DNA from: Ilumatobacteraceae bacterium | Lineage (GTDB): Bacteria > Actinomycetota > Acidimicrobiia > Acidimicrobiales > Ilumatobacteraceae | Length of the DNA: 64,000 bases | NCBI GenBank assembly: GCA_049442935.1 | Contig: JBMTOT010000001.1 | Span: 2,666 to 66,665, forward strand | Reading direction: 5' to 3' | In this document: piece by piece, positions 46,428 through 55,500 of the stretch | How positions within the stretch are numbered: the first letter of the stretch is position 1 | Layout of the letters: each line of letters begins with the position of its first letter | Notes under the pieces: model-generated | Database searches by the model: none | The model's input: only the letters and a program-made list of their open reading frames with translations | Told to the model about the DNA's origin: nothing | Program-made: the position numbers and the translations under genes

Positions 46428-47030
46428 TCAGCGAACGGGCGTCAACCCCATGCTCGCTGCTTGCCTCTCGACCATCTCGGTCATCAGCGACACCACGTCG
46501 TCGATGTGGTCGGCGACAGACACTCCCTCGGGAAGTTTCGCCTCGAGCGGGCCGTCCACGAGCAGAGTCGCAAGCCCGTGGGCGCTTGACCACATCAGCG
46601 TCGCCCACGTCACCGACTCGCGTTCCCCCGCCGGCCGGCCAATCGTTCGCTCCACCATCTTGAGCAGTTCTGCATAGGCCGAATCGCCGGCGGCGCGCGC
46701 AGAGTCATGAGACTCGAGACCGCAGATGTCTCGGCGGAACATCACGCGGAAGTGCGCCGGGTTCTCGACCGCCATCGACACGTACGCCTCGAAACACCGT
46801 CGTGCCGGAGCCCTGTCAGTGGTAAGAACTGCCGCGAACTTGTCAGCCAACATTTCGAACCCGGCTTCTGTGATGGCTGCGAAAATTCCCGCACGGTCAC
46901 CAAAGTGGTGGTACGGGGCCTGGTGGCTCACACCCGAGCGCCGGGCAACTTCTCGCATCGAGACGGCATCGGGACCGTCTGTCGAAATGATCTGAAGTGC
47001 GGCGTCGAGCACTGTGTCGCGCACATCCAT
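46428..47030 (-). CDS. TetR-family transcriptional regulator
   Basis: ATG at 47030. HTH segment VSMREVARRSGVSHQAPYHHF. Confidence 0.8.
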   Translation of the reverse strand: MDVRDTVLDAALQIISTDGPDAVSMREVARRSGVSHQAPYHHFGDRAGIFAAITEAGFEMLADKFAAVLTTDRAPARRCFEAYVSMAVENPAHFRVMFRRDICGLESHDSARAAGDSAYAELLKMVERTIGRPAGERESVTWATLMWSSAHGLATLLVDGPLEAKLPEGVSVADHIDDVVSLMTEMVERQAASMGLTPVR

Positions 47031-47047
47031 GGGCCGAACCGTAGCAC

Positions 47048-47083
47048 TTGACAATGTCAATCAGACGCTGTAGACAGTGTCAA
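47048..47083. promoter_or_regulatory. Two related palindromic operators between tetR and the MFS gene
   Basis: TTGACA-A-TGTCAA (47048-47060, perfect) and TAGACA-G-TGTCAA (47071-47083, one mismatch). The second ends 2 nt before the MFS ATG. Confidence 0.6.
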
Positions 47084-47085
47084 GT

Positions 47086-48660
47086 ATGACTCACAACGCC
47101 CACCTCGATTCATCTCCCACCATGTCCCGTGCCTACGAGCGACGTTGGTGGGTGCTGCTCGTGCTCAGTGCCAGCGTTTTCATGGTCGTTGTCGACAACT
47201 TGATCATCAACGTCGCACTCCCCACGTTGCAACGCGAACTTGATGCCTCGACAACTGCCCTCCAGTGGATCGTCGATTCGTACGCGCTCGTCTTCGCCGG
47301 CCTGCTCCTTGCCGGCGGCGGAATCGGCGACCGACTCGGCCGCAAGCGGACCATGCAGGTCGGACTCGTGCTCTTTGCCGTCTTCAGCGCGTTCGGAGCG
47401 TTCGCGAGCTCGAGCGACGGCCTCATCATCTGGCGCGGCGCGATGGGGGTCGGCGCCGCTCTCGTCTTCCCGGCGACGCTTGCAATCATCACAAACCTCT
47501 TCACCGACCCTGTCGAGCGCGCCAAGGCGATCGGGCTGTGGTCTGCGGTGTCGGGCATGGCAGTCGCGTTCGGGCCTGTGGCCGGCGGTTTCCTGCTCGA
47601 GCACTTCTGGTGGGGATCGGTGTTCCTCATCAATGTGCCGATCGTGGCAATCGCTCTTCTTGCCGGTCACTTTCTCATTCCGGAGTCACGAGACACCGAG
47701 CACGGACGTTTCGACATCGTCGGAGTGTTGCTGTCGGTTGCAGCGACCGGCGCGCTGGTGTTCACCGTGATCGAGTCTCCGCACTGGGGGTGGGGCAGCC
47801 TCGCATCTAACGGCGGGTTTGTGCTGGCCGCGCTCTTCCTGGGTTCGTTCATCCGTCATGAGCTGCGCAGGTCAGACCCCCTCCTCGAACTCGGGTTCTT
47901 CCGCAACCCGCGATTCAGCGCGGCGACCGGATCAATCGGCATCGCATTCCTTGCACTTTTCGGGTTCACCTTCCTCGTCACGCAGTACTTCCAGTTCGTC
48001 CGCGGCTATGACCCTCTCGAGTCCGGAATTCGCACCCTCCCGTTTGCGGTTGGAGCCGGCATCACGGCCCCGCTGGCGGCGCGCGGCGCACTGCGCTGGG
48101 GAACCAAGAAAGTGGTGTCGCTCGGTCTGTTCACCATGTCGGTCGGTTTCGTGATTGCGAGCCGCCTTGACGCCGACAGCGCATATTTCGGCCCGGTTGT
48201 TCTCTCCATGGTGCTCATCGCAAGTGGGCTGTCGCTCGTCACATCTCCCAGCACCGACGCAGTGATGGGCTCACTCCCCCGGAACAAGGCCGGCGTCGGG
48301 TCGGCGGTGAACGACATCTCGCGCGAAGTCGGCGGAACCCTTGGTGTTGCCGTGACTGGCTCAGTCTTCGTGAGTCTCTACACGCCGCGACTCGAGGAGA
48401 ACTTCGGCCGACTTCCCGGCCTCGTCGAATCGCTCCCCTCCGGGCTGTACGACGCGGCGCGCGAGTCGGTGGGAGCCGCCTATGCAGTCGCCCAAGGATC
48501 TCCCGACTCGGTTCGTGGTCAAGTTCTGAATGCCGTGAGTGACTCGTTCATCACCGGTTTCTCGACTGCCTGTCTGATCGTTGCAGGAGCCGCCTTCCTC
48601 GGCTCCCTCTCGGCGCTCACGTTCCTGCCGGCACGCCCGTCAGACCAAGTGACGCATTGA
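47086..48660 (+). CDS. MFS drug/H+ antiporter, 14-TMS (DHA2/EmrB-like)
   Basis: About 525 aa. Motifs LDASTTALQWIVDSYAL and GDRLGRKR. Divergent from the TetR gene. Confidence 0.8.
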   Translation: MTHNAHLDSSPTMSRAYERRWWVLLVLSASVFMVVVDNLIINVALPTLQRELDASTTALQWIVDSYALVFAGLLLAGGGIGDRLGRKRTMQVGLVLFAVFSAFGAFASSSDGLIIWRGAMGVGAALVFPATLAIITNLFTDPVERAKAIGLWSAVSGMAVAFGPVAGGFLLEHFWWGSVFLINVPIVAIALLAGHFLIPESRDTEHGRFDIVGVLLSVAATGALVFTVIESPHWGWGSLASNGGFVLAALFLGSFIRHELRRSDPLLELGFFRNPRFSAATGSIGIAFLALFGFTFLVTQYFQFVRGYDPLESGIRTLPFAVGAGITAPLAARGALRWGTKKVVSLGLFTMSVGFVIASRLDADSAYFGPVVLSMVLIASGLSLVTSPSTDAVMGSLPRNKAGVGSAVNDISREVGGTLGVAVTGSVFVSLYTPRLEENFGRLPGLVESLPSGLYDAARESVGAAYAVAQGSPDSVRGQVLNAVSDSFITGFSTACLIVAGAAFLGSLSALTFLPARPSDQVTH

Positions 48661-48719
48661 ATGGTCGCGAGGACTGACGTCCCGCGCAAGTCGTTCGTCA
48701 ACGGGCCAGTCTCTGATTC

Positions 48720-49310
48720 GTGCTCCATCTCCCCGAACTGTCGTACGACTACGGGGCGCTCGAACCACACCTTTCTGCACGCATCATTGAGGTGCACCAC
48801 TCGAAACACCACAAGGCGTACGTCGACGGCGCCAACCACGCTCTTGAGCAGCTTGCCCATGCACGCGACCATCGAGACATGTCGCTGATCGTCGGGCTCG
48901 AAAAGTCACTCGCCTTCCATCTCTCTGGCCATGTGCTGCACACCATCTACTGGGAGAACCTGAGCCCAGACGGCGGCGGTGAGCCGACAGGAGAGCTCGC
49001 CGAGGCGATCGGCGAGAACTTCAGCGCCTTCGCCGCGTTTGCCGCACACATGACGGCCGCGGTCGCGACTGTTCAAGGGTCGGGGTGGGCGGTGCTGTCG
49101 TGGCACTCACCGACCGCCCGACTCGTGATCGAACAGGTGGAGAACCACCAGAACAACTCAGTGCAGAACTCAACTCCGCTGCTTGCAATCGACGCATGGG
49201 AGCACGCCTATTACCTGCAGTACGAGAACCGACGCGCCGACTACGCGACCGCCATCTGGAACGTCATCAACTGGGCAGACGTTGCCCGACGATTCGGCGA
49301 CGCCCAGTAG
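48720..49310 (+). CDS. sodA: Fe/Mn superoxide dismutase
   Basis: LPELSYDYGALEPH, HHSKHH, and the DAWEHAYYL metal ligand motif. Metal specificity cannot be read from the sequence. Confidence 0.9.
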   Translation: MLHLPELSYDYGALEPHLSARIIEVHHSKHHKAYVDGANHALEQLAHARDHRDMSLIVGLEKSLAFHLSGHVLHTIYWENLSPDGGGEPTGELAEAIGENFSAFAAFAAHMTAAVATVQGSGWAVLSWHSPTARLVIEQVENHQNNSVQNSTPLLAIDAWEHAYYLQYENRRADYATAIWNVINWADVARRFGDAQ

Positions 49311-49319
49311 CCATCTGCG

Positions 49320-50093
49320 TCAACCGACCGCCCAACTGGTCATCGACAACGAGCCCATCGAGCAGCCACCCGTGAGCACACGACCAGGCTCGCCAACCGC
49401 ATCTGCCACTCCTGCCACGTACACGGCTGGCAAGAAGTGCTCGTCGGTGGGAACGGCACGGGAGTACCCGGGCTGCGATGAGGCGTCAACGAGCGATGCC
49501 GGAGTGGTGGAAATCATTTCGCGAGTCCACCGGTCGAAGTCCTCAGCCCAGTCGAACCCGCCTTCGTCACTTTGCCAGTCGATCAGCGAAAGGTTGTGCA
49601 CCATATTTCCGCTGGCGACGATCAATACGCCCTCATCGCGCAACGGCGCGAGAGCGCGACCGAGTGCCAGGTGCTCGTCGAATGACTTGCGCGAATCGAT
49701 CGACAACTGCACCACCGGCACGTCTGCCTCGGGGTACATGTGCGCAAGAACCGACCACGTGCCGTGATCGAGACCCCACTCCCCCGTGTCGCGTATGACC
49801 GGCTCAGGAGCAAGCAGATCTGCCACGCGGTCAGCCAACTCAGGAGCCCCGGGCGCCGGGTACTGCACCGCGAACAACTCCTCGGGGAAGCCCCAAAAGT
49901 CGTGAATCGTGCGCGGACTCGGCATCGCGGTGACTGCAACTGTCGGAATGTGCCAGTGGGCCGACACCGCAAGGATCGCTCGGGGTCTGGCGATTGATGC
50001 CGCGAAATCGGCCCAGGCCATCGTGTGTCGGTTCGGTTGGAGTGCATACATCGGACTTCCGTGACCGATGAACACGGCAGGCATTGTCGACAT
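49320..50093 (-). CDS. ygiD: Extradiol ring-cleavage dioxygenase, class III subunit B (4,5-DOPA dioxygenase-like)
   Basis: PAVFIGHGSPM start, SAHW, and the later DHG and GNMVHN motifs. Confidence 0.75.
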   Translation of the reverse strand: MSTMPAVFIGHGSPMYALQPNRHTMAWADFAASIARPRAILAVSAHWHIPTVAVTAMPSPRTIHDFWGFPEELFAVQYPAPGAPELADRVADLLAPEPVIRDTGEWGLDHGTWSVLAHMYPEADVPVVQLSIDSRKSFDEHLALGRALAPLRDEGVLIVASGNMVHNLSLIDWQSDEGGFDWAEDFDRWTREMISTTPASLVDASSQPGYSRAVPTDEHFLPAVYVAGVADAVGEPGRVLTGGCSMGSLSMTSWAVG

Positions 50094-50103
50094 GCGAACA
50101 TTT

Positions 50104-50121
50104 TAGTTGCGTACGCAACTA
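50104..50121. promoter_or_regulatory. 18-nt perfect palindrome in the ygiD/ABC-exporter divergent spacer
   Basis: TAGTTGCG-TA-CGCAACTA, with no regulator gene adjacent. Confidence 0.5.
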
Positions 50122-50176
50122 TTCGCTACTGGGCCACGCTGTGACTGTCTCCGCTCTCGTTACACTCTCCTTCCCC

Positions 50177-51151
50177 ATGAATTCCCCTCTCACCGACACC
50201 ACCGTGCGTGCCCGCGGGCTCGTGAAGACATACGGTGACGTGACCGCACTCGACGGTCTCGACCTCGACGTTGAAGGTGGCACAGTTCTCGGCCTTCTCG
50301 GCCCGAACGGGGCCGGCAAGACCACGGCCGTCTCGATTCTGACGACGCTCGTGAGCCCGGATTCCGGCTCGGCCACTGTCGCCGGCGTTGATGTGATGTC
50401 CGACCCGAAAGGCGTGCGCTCACGCATTGGTCTGTCGGGCCAGTACGCCGCCGTCGACGAGAACCTCACCGCAACCGAGAACTTGGAGATGATCGCGCGC
50501 CTGTATGGCATGTCAAGGCGTGAGGCACGCACCCGCGCGGCCACGTTGCTCGAACAGTTTCGCCTCGACGAGGCGGCGAACCGCCCGCTGAAGACGTTCT
50601 CCGGCGGTATGCGACGGCGCATCGACCTCGCCGGTGCTCTGATTGCAGACCCACCAGTGCTGTTCCTCGACGAGCCCACCACCGGGCTCGACCCGCGCAG
50701 CCGCGGCGAGCTGTGGGAAACAATCCGCGACCGGGTGAGCAAAGGAACCACCGTGCTGCTCACGACGCAGTATCTCGAGGAGGCCGACCAGTTGGCCGAC
50801 GAGATAGTCGTAATCGACCATGGACGCGCCATCGCCCGAGGAACTGCCGACGAACTGAAGAGACGCGTGGGTGGCGAGCACCTCGATGTGCGCGTCCGCA
50901 GCGCCGCGCAGGTGCCTGGGACCGAGACGATCCTCTCGAGTGTCGCCACAGGATCCCTCCGTGTGCATGCCGTCGAAGGAGAAGTCTCAGCGCCGGTCGC
51001 GAACGGTGTCGAGGCACTCAGCTCGGTGCTTCGCAACCTCGAGGCGGCCGGGATCGAGATCGTCGACATCGGCCTGCGTCGACCGACGCTCGACGACGTC
51101 TTCATGGAACTGACGGGCCACGAAGCGACCGCCGAGGAGGCCCCGAAATGA
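50177..51151 (+). CDS. ABC transporter ATP-binding protein (DrrA-like)
   Basis: ATG at 50177. GPNGAGKTT, FSGGMRRR, LFLDEPTTGLD. Confidence 0.85.
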   Translation: MNSPLTDTTVRARGLVKTYGDVTALDGLDLDVEGGTVLGLLGPNGAGKTTAVSILTTLVSPDSGSATVAGVDVMSDPKGVRSRIGLSGQYAAVDENLTATENLEMIARLYGMSRREARTRAATLLEQFRLDEAANRPLKTFSGGMRRRIDLAGALIADPPVLFLDEPTTGLDPRSRGELWETIRDRVSKGTTVLLTTQYLEEADQLADEIVVIDHGRAIARGTADELKRRVGGEHLDVRVRSAAQVPGTETILSSVATGSLRVHAVEGEVSAPVANGVEALSSVLRNLEAAGIEIVDIGLRRPTLDDVFMELTGHEATAEEAPK

Positions 51152-51939
51152 GCACGGTGAGAGATGCAATGGTCGTCGCCAAGCGCAACATGATCCGCAT
51201 CAAGCGCGTCCCCGACGTGATGGTCTTCGTGCTGCTACAACCGCTCATGTTCGTGCTGTTGTTCGCCTACGTCTTCGGAGGTTCGATCGACATTCCGGGC
51301 GGCAGCTACCGCGAGTTCCTTATTGCCGGCATCTTCGCCCAGACAGTCGTGTTCGGAGCGACATTCACCGGAGCCGGACTCGCAGAAGACCTGCAGAAGG
51401 GCCTTATCAATCGTTTCCGATCGCTGCCGATGTCGCGTTCTGCGGTCGTCGCGGGGCGCACCGCGAGCGACGTGGTCTACAACGCTCTGTCGGTCGTGAT
51501 GATGTCGCTCGCCGGGCTCGCCGTCGGGTGGCGCATCCGCGGCTCGGTGCTCGATGCCGTCGCCGGATACGCATTGCTCCTGTTCTTTGCCTATGCGTTC
51601 TCGTGGGTGATGGCGTGCATCGGGCTCGTGGTGCCGACACCAGAGGTGGTGAACAACGCCTCGTTCATGGTGCTCTTCCCGCTTACGTTCATTGCGAACA
51701 CGTTCGTGCCGTCAGAGACCCTGCCCGGAGGGCTGCGCACGATCGCAGAGTGGAACCCCATCTCGACTCTCACACAGGCCGTGCGCGAGCGGTTCGGGAA
51801 CATTCCCGCGGGAACCCCTGAGCCAACTGCGTGGCCGCTGCAGAACAGCCTTCTCTATTCCTTGATTTTTGCTATCGCGCTCATCGTGGTGTTCGCACCG
51901 ATTGCCACGCGCCTCTACCAGCGCGCCGGCGCCCGCTGA
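51148..51939 (+). CDS. ABC-2 type exporter permease (DrrB-like)
   Basis: ATG at 51148 overlapping the upstream stop (ATGA). Six predicted TM segments. Confidence 0.8.
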   Translation: MSTVRDAMVVAKRNMIRIKRVPDVMVFVLLQPLMFVLLFAYVFGGSIDIPGGSYREFLIAGIFAQTVVFGATFTGAGLAEDLQKGLINRFRSLPMSRSAVVAGRTASDVVYNALSVVMMSLAGLAVGWRIRGSVLDAVAGYALLLFFAYAFSWVMACIGLVVPTPEVVNNASFMVLFPLTFIANTFVPSETLPGGLRTIAEWNPISTLTQAVRERFGNIPAGTPEPTAWPLQNSLLYSLIFAIALIVVFAPIATRLYQRAGAR

Positions 51940-51998
51940 GACGCCTTACTTGTTCTCGAGTATTTGATCAACGGACGAGGCTCCGCCCCAGTCGTAAC

Positions 51999-52445
51999 TC
52001 AAACAGGCTCGGCAAGAAGCACCGGGATGCGCCGGTCGGTCTTGGCTCTGTAGTCGGCGTACTGCGGGAATGCCTGCACGCTGCGTTCCCACCATTCGTC
52101 ATACTCCCGACCGTCGATCTCTCGCACACGCACCGCAAATGGCTCTGGGCCGTCCTGCACGGTGACCTCATTGGGATTGGCGAGAAGGTTGGTGTACCAG
52201 TCGGGGTTGTCGGGCGCACCTCCTTTGGATGCGACCAGCGCGTATGCACCGCCGTGCTCCACCCGCATGAGAGCAATCTTGCGCACCGCTCGGCTGCGGG
52301 CACCGCGCATCGTCACAATGATGACTTTCAGGTCGGTGCCCGGTAGTCCATTTCCCTCGGCACCGCCAGTGCGCTCATAGAGCTCAATCTGCTCGCGCAC
52401 CCATTGGGAAGTGCTCGGAATGTATTCACCGTCGATGCGCGCCAT
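51999..52445 (-). CDS. Deazaflavin(F420)-dependent nitroreductase-family protein (DDN-like)
   Basis: 148 aa. GAPDNPDWYTNL and WWERSV...YADY motifs, typical of the family. Confidence 0.75.
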   Translation of the reverse strand: MARIDGEYIPSTSQWVREQIELYERTGGAEGNGLPGTDLKVIIVTMRGARSRAVRKIALMRVEHGGAYALVASKGGAPDNPDWYTNLLANPNEVTVQDGPEPFAVRVREIDGREYDEWWERSVQAFPQYADYRAKTDRRIPVLLAEPV

Positions 52446-52571
52446 GGGCGCACGCTATCGCCACGCAGAATGGTGACTCGACGATCGAGAGCCCTCTCTG
52501 AAGTTCGAAGTCGTCTTCCCTACTCGATGGGCATGCCTGCGATCGCGTCTGCGATCACTGTCTGCCGGATC

Positions 52572-55500
52572 TCAGCGGTCAGCCCAGAGGTTGCGAGTTC
52601 GACGACGAATGAAGATCGGGCGGCCTCCGAGCAACGCCAGCAAGACGGCTGCACCAAGTGACAGCACTACCACCCAGGTGTTGTCTGTGCGTTCGAGGAC
52701 TTCGAAGCCCATCGACACCGACACCATCTCACCCCCAGGCCCAACGCCATTGACCTGGATGGTGTGCTCACCAAACTCTGCATCCTTTGGCACGAGCACC
52801 TGCGAACTCACTGCACCGTCAGCATCAACTTCACCTCTGGTCAGCTCGGTTGCCTCAGAGAACATGAACACCGTGTAGATGGTCCCCGGTACGAACCCTG
52901 TCATCGCCACATCGACGAATTCATCGCGATACATCCTCAGCATTCCGTCGGCGCCGACCATGACCGAATCGCTGCTGGGCTGAGTGCGGCCAATCACGAT
53001 CGACACGTCGTTGGGAAGTGAGAGCACAAGTCGTGCGTCGTCCCTCCGGACCGACACCTCCACCTGCTGACCGCGCACCATTGCGGTGGTCTGTCCGACC
53101 TCGAGATCCGGGGTGCCTCCGTCGATGCCGGTCTGAGGCTGCGTCGGGTCCGCGGGGACCGTCGTGGTGGTCGTCGTGGAGGTTGTCGTCGTGGTCGCGG
53201 TTGCCTGACCTTCGCGCGCTCCGCTGGCTCGTGGCGACAGCGTTGTCGTTGTGGTGGTAGTTGTCGAAGCAGCCGAATCCGTGCCATCACTCTCCACGCC
53301 GACCACTGAGGTGGTCGTCACATCCGGAACCGTCGCGACCACTGTCGTCGGCACACTCGATTGCGTCGCCGCGGCCGCGACAACAGTGATGGACTGCGAC
53401 GCGGCAGAGACCGAGTAGACGTCGCTGCCCGACTGACTCGCTGACAGGAGGCAGGTGCCGACCGACGTGAACGTCACGACACCAACAGAAATGGAACACA
53501 CCGACTGGGATTGGTTCGCCACGACCACCGTGGCCGCGAGGAAGGCGTCACTGTCGACAGACACCGTATACGTGGTTCCGACGGTTGCCGGGTTTGGTGG
53601 CGTGGAACGGAAGATGAGCGTCTGGACGATCTTGTTCACCGTCACGACCGCTGTCTCCGACACAGGCAAGTAGTTCGCATTCCCTGCCTTGGTCGCTGTC
53701 ACTGTGCAGGTGATGCCGCCGCGGCTCGCAGCCAATCGAGCGCCCGACAAGGTGCAGGTCCCATTCGTCACAGACCAATCCACCGCCCCACCCGACTGCC
53801 CGCCCGATGCGGTCAGATTCAGCGTCGAACCTGTCGTGAACGATGTCGGACTCGTGATGGAAAAGCCGGTCTGGTTCCCTTTGGCCGTGGTGATCGCGGT
53901 ATCGGACGACGAACGCGAGAGATAGTTCGCATCAGACGCCTTGGTTGCGCGGACGACGCACGACGAACCGACATTTCCCGGCGTCAACGTCGAACCGCTC
54001 CGAGTGCACGTTCCCGACACCACGGTCCAAGCGACATCGCCATTCCCCGAACCGCCGCTGGTGGCGAGCGCCAGCTCCACGCCGTACACCGCGCTTGTCG
54101 ATGTCACCGTGAGGGCGGCCTGGGCCGCCTTGGCAGGGGTAATCGAAAACGCAGACGACGTCACGGCGAAATAGTTGGAATTTGAGGCCATCGTGGCCGT
54201 GATCGCACAGGTTCCGGTGCCAGACGTCATCGACACGACGCCCGAGGCATTCACGGAGCACGCCGTGGACGCCCCGTCAGACCATGTGACGGCACCGGCG
54301 GTGGATCCACCCGATGCCGACAATGAGACTGTGGTTCCGTACGTACCGGTCGCCGTGCCTGAGATCGTGAACGCGGACTGATTCGCCTTCGCGGCAGAAA
54401 TGTCGACGCTCGCCGACGTGACGTAGTAGTCGTCGTCGGCGGACTTTGTGGCAGTGATCGTGCAGGTCCCGGTGCCGGTGAGCATCGACACCACTCCCGT
54501 CGTGCTGTTCACCGAGCACACCGAAGCCGTCGAGGTGGAGAACGCGACCGCACCGGTGCCGTTGCCACCCGCATGGCCGAGGTCGACCGTGTCCAGATAG
54601 ACGAGCGATGCAGGTTGGTCGGTGATCACGAAACCGGTCTGGTTCGTGATCCAGTGCGCATACAAGGTGAAGTTCGACGTCCGACCATGCGCGTAGGGGA
54701 ACGAGATCGCACTCCCGCCGCTCGCGGACAAGTACCACCCCTTGAAGTCGAAACCCGATCGTGTCGGCGTACCCGGCGACGCAGCGATAGACCCGCCTGT
54801 CACGGTCGAGCCGTTCGAGATCGACGAGCCACCCTGGGAGTTGTACGTCACCGTCAATGGATTTGCGGTCCACTGGGCGTACAGAGTGAAGTTCGACGTC
54901 TGCCCGTGGGTGTAGGGGAACGAAATCGCACCGCCGCCACTCGACGCGGCGAACCAGCCGTTGAAGCTGTAGCCGGTGCGAGTCGGAGTGCCCGGCGACG
55001 CAGCGATCGACCCCTCCGTTGTCGTCGTTCCGCTCGAAATGGAACTCCCGCTCTGGGAGTCATAGGTGACGGTCAAGGAGTTCGGCGTCCACTGCGCGTA
55101 CAGCGTGAAATCAGACGTGTTCGTGGGCGTATACGTCGACCCTGCCCCCAGAAGGTCGCCAATGAAGATCTGCAATTTCCACGACGAGAGGTCGAAGTTG
55201 GTCTTTTGTGCGAAGGTCCAGTCGGGATGCCTGCTGTTGTTGGGAGCAGTCCCGATGAAATTGCCGAAGCCAATGTCTGGGTTTGCATCGTAGTGACGGT
55301 TCCACGCAAGAACTGTTTGGTTGTCAGTCAGGTTGTGCACCTGGAACGACCCGTACTTGTTGCTCTGGAAGGTCGTGTCGTCGCTGTCGAACGTGGCTGA
55401 GTCGCCCGCTGGCAAGATTCCCGTTGTCGCCGTCCCATAGTCCCAGGGCCAGAGTTCGACGCGGCCCGACTTTCCGGTTCCCGTCGTCACTGCCGTGGCG

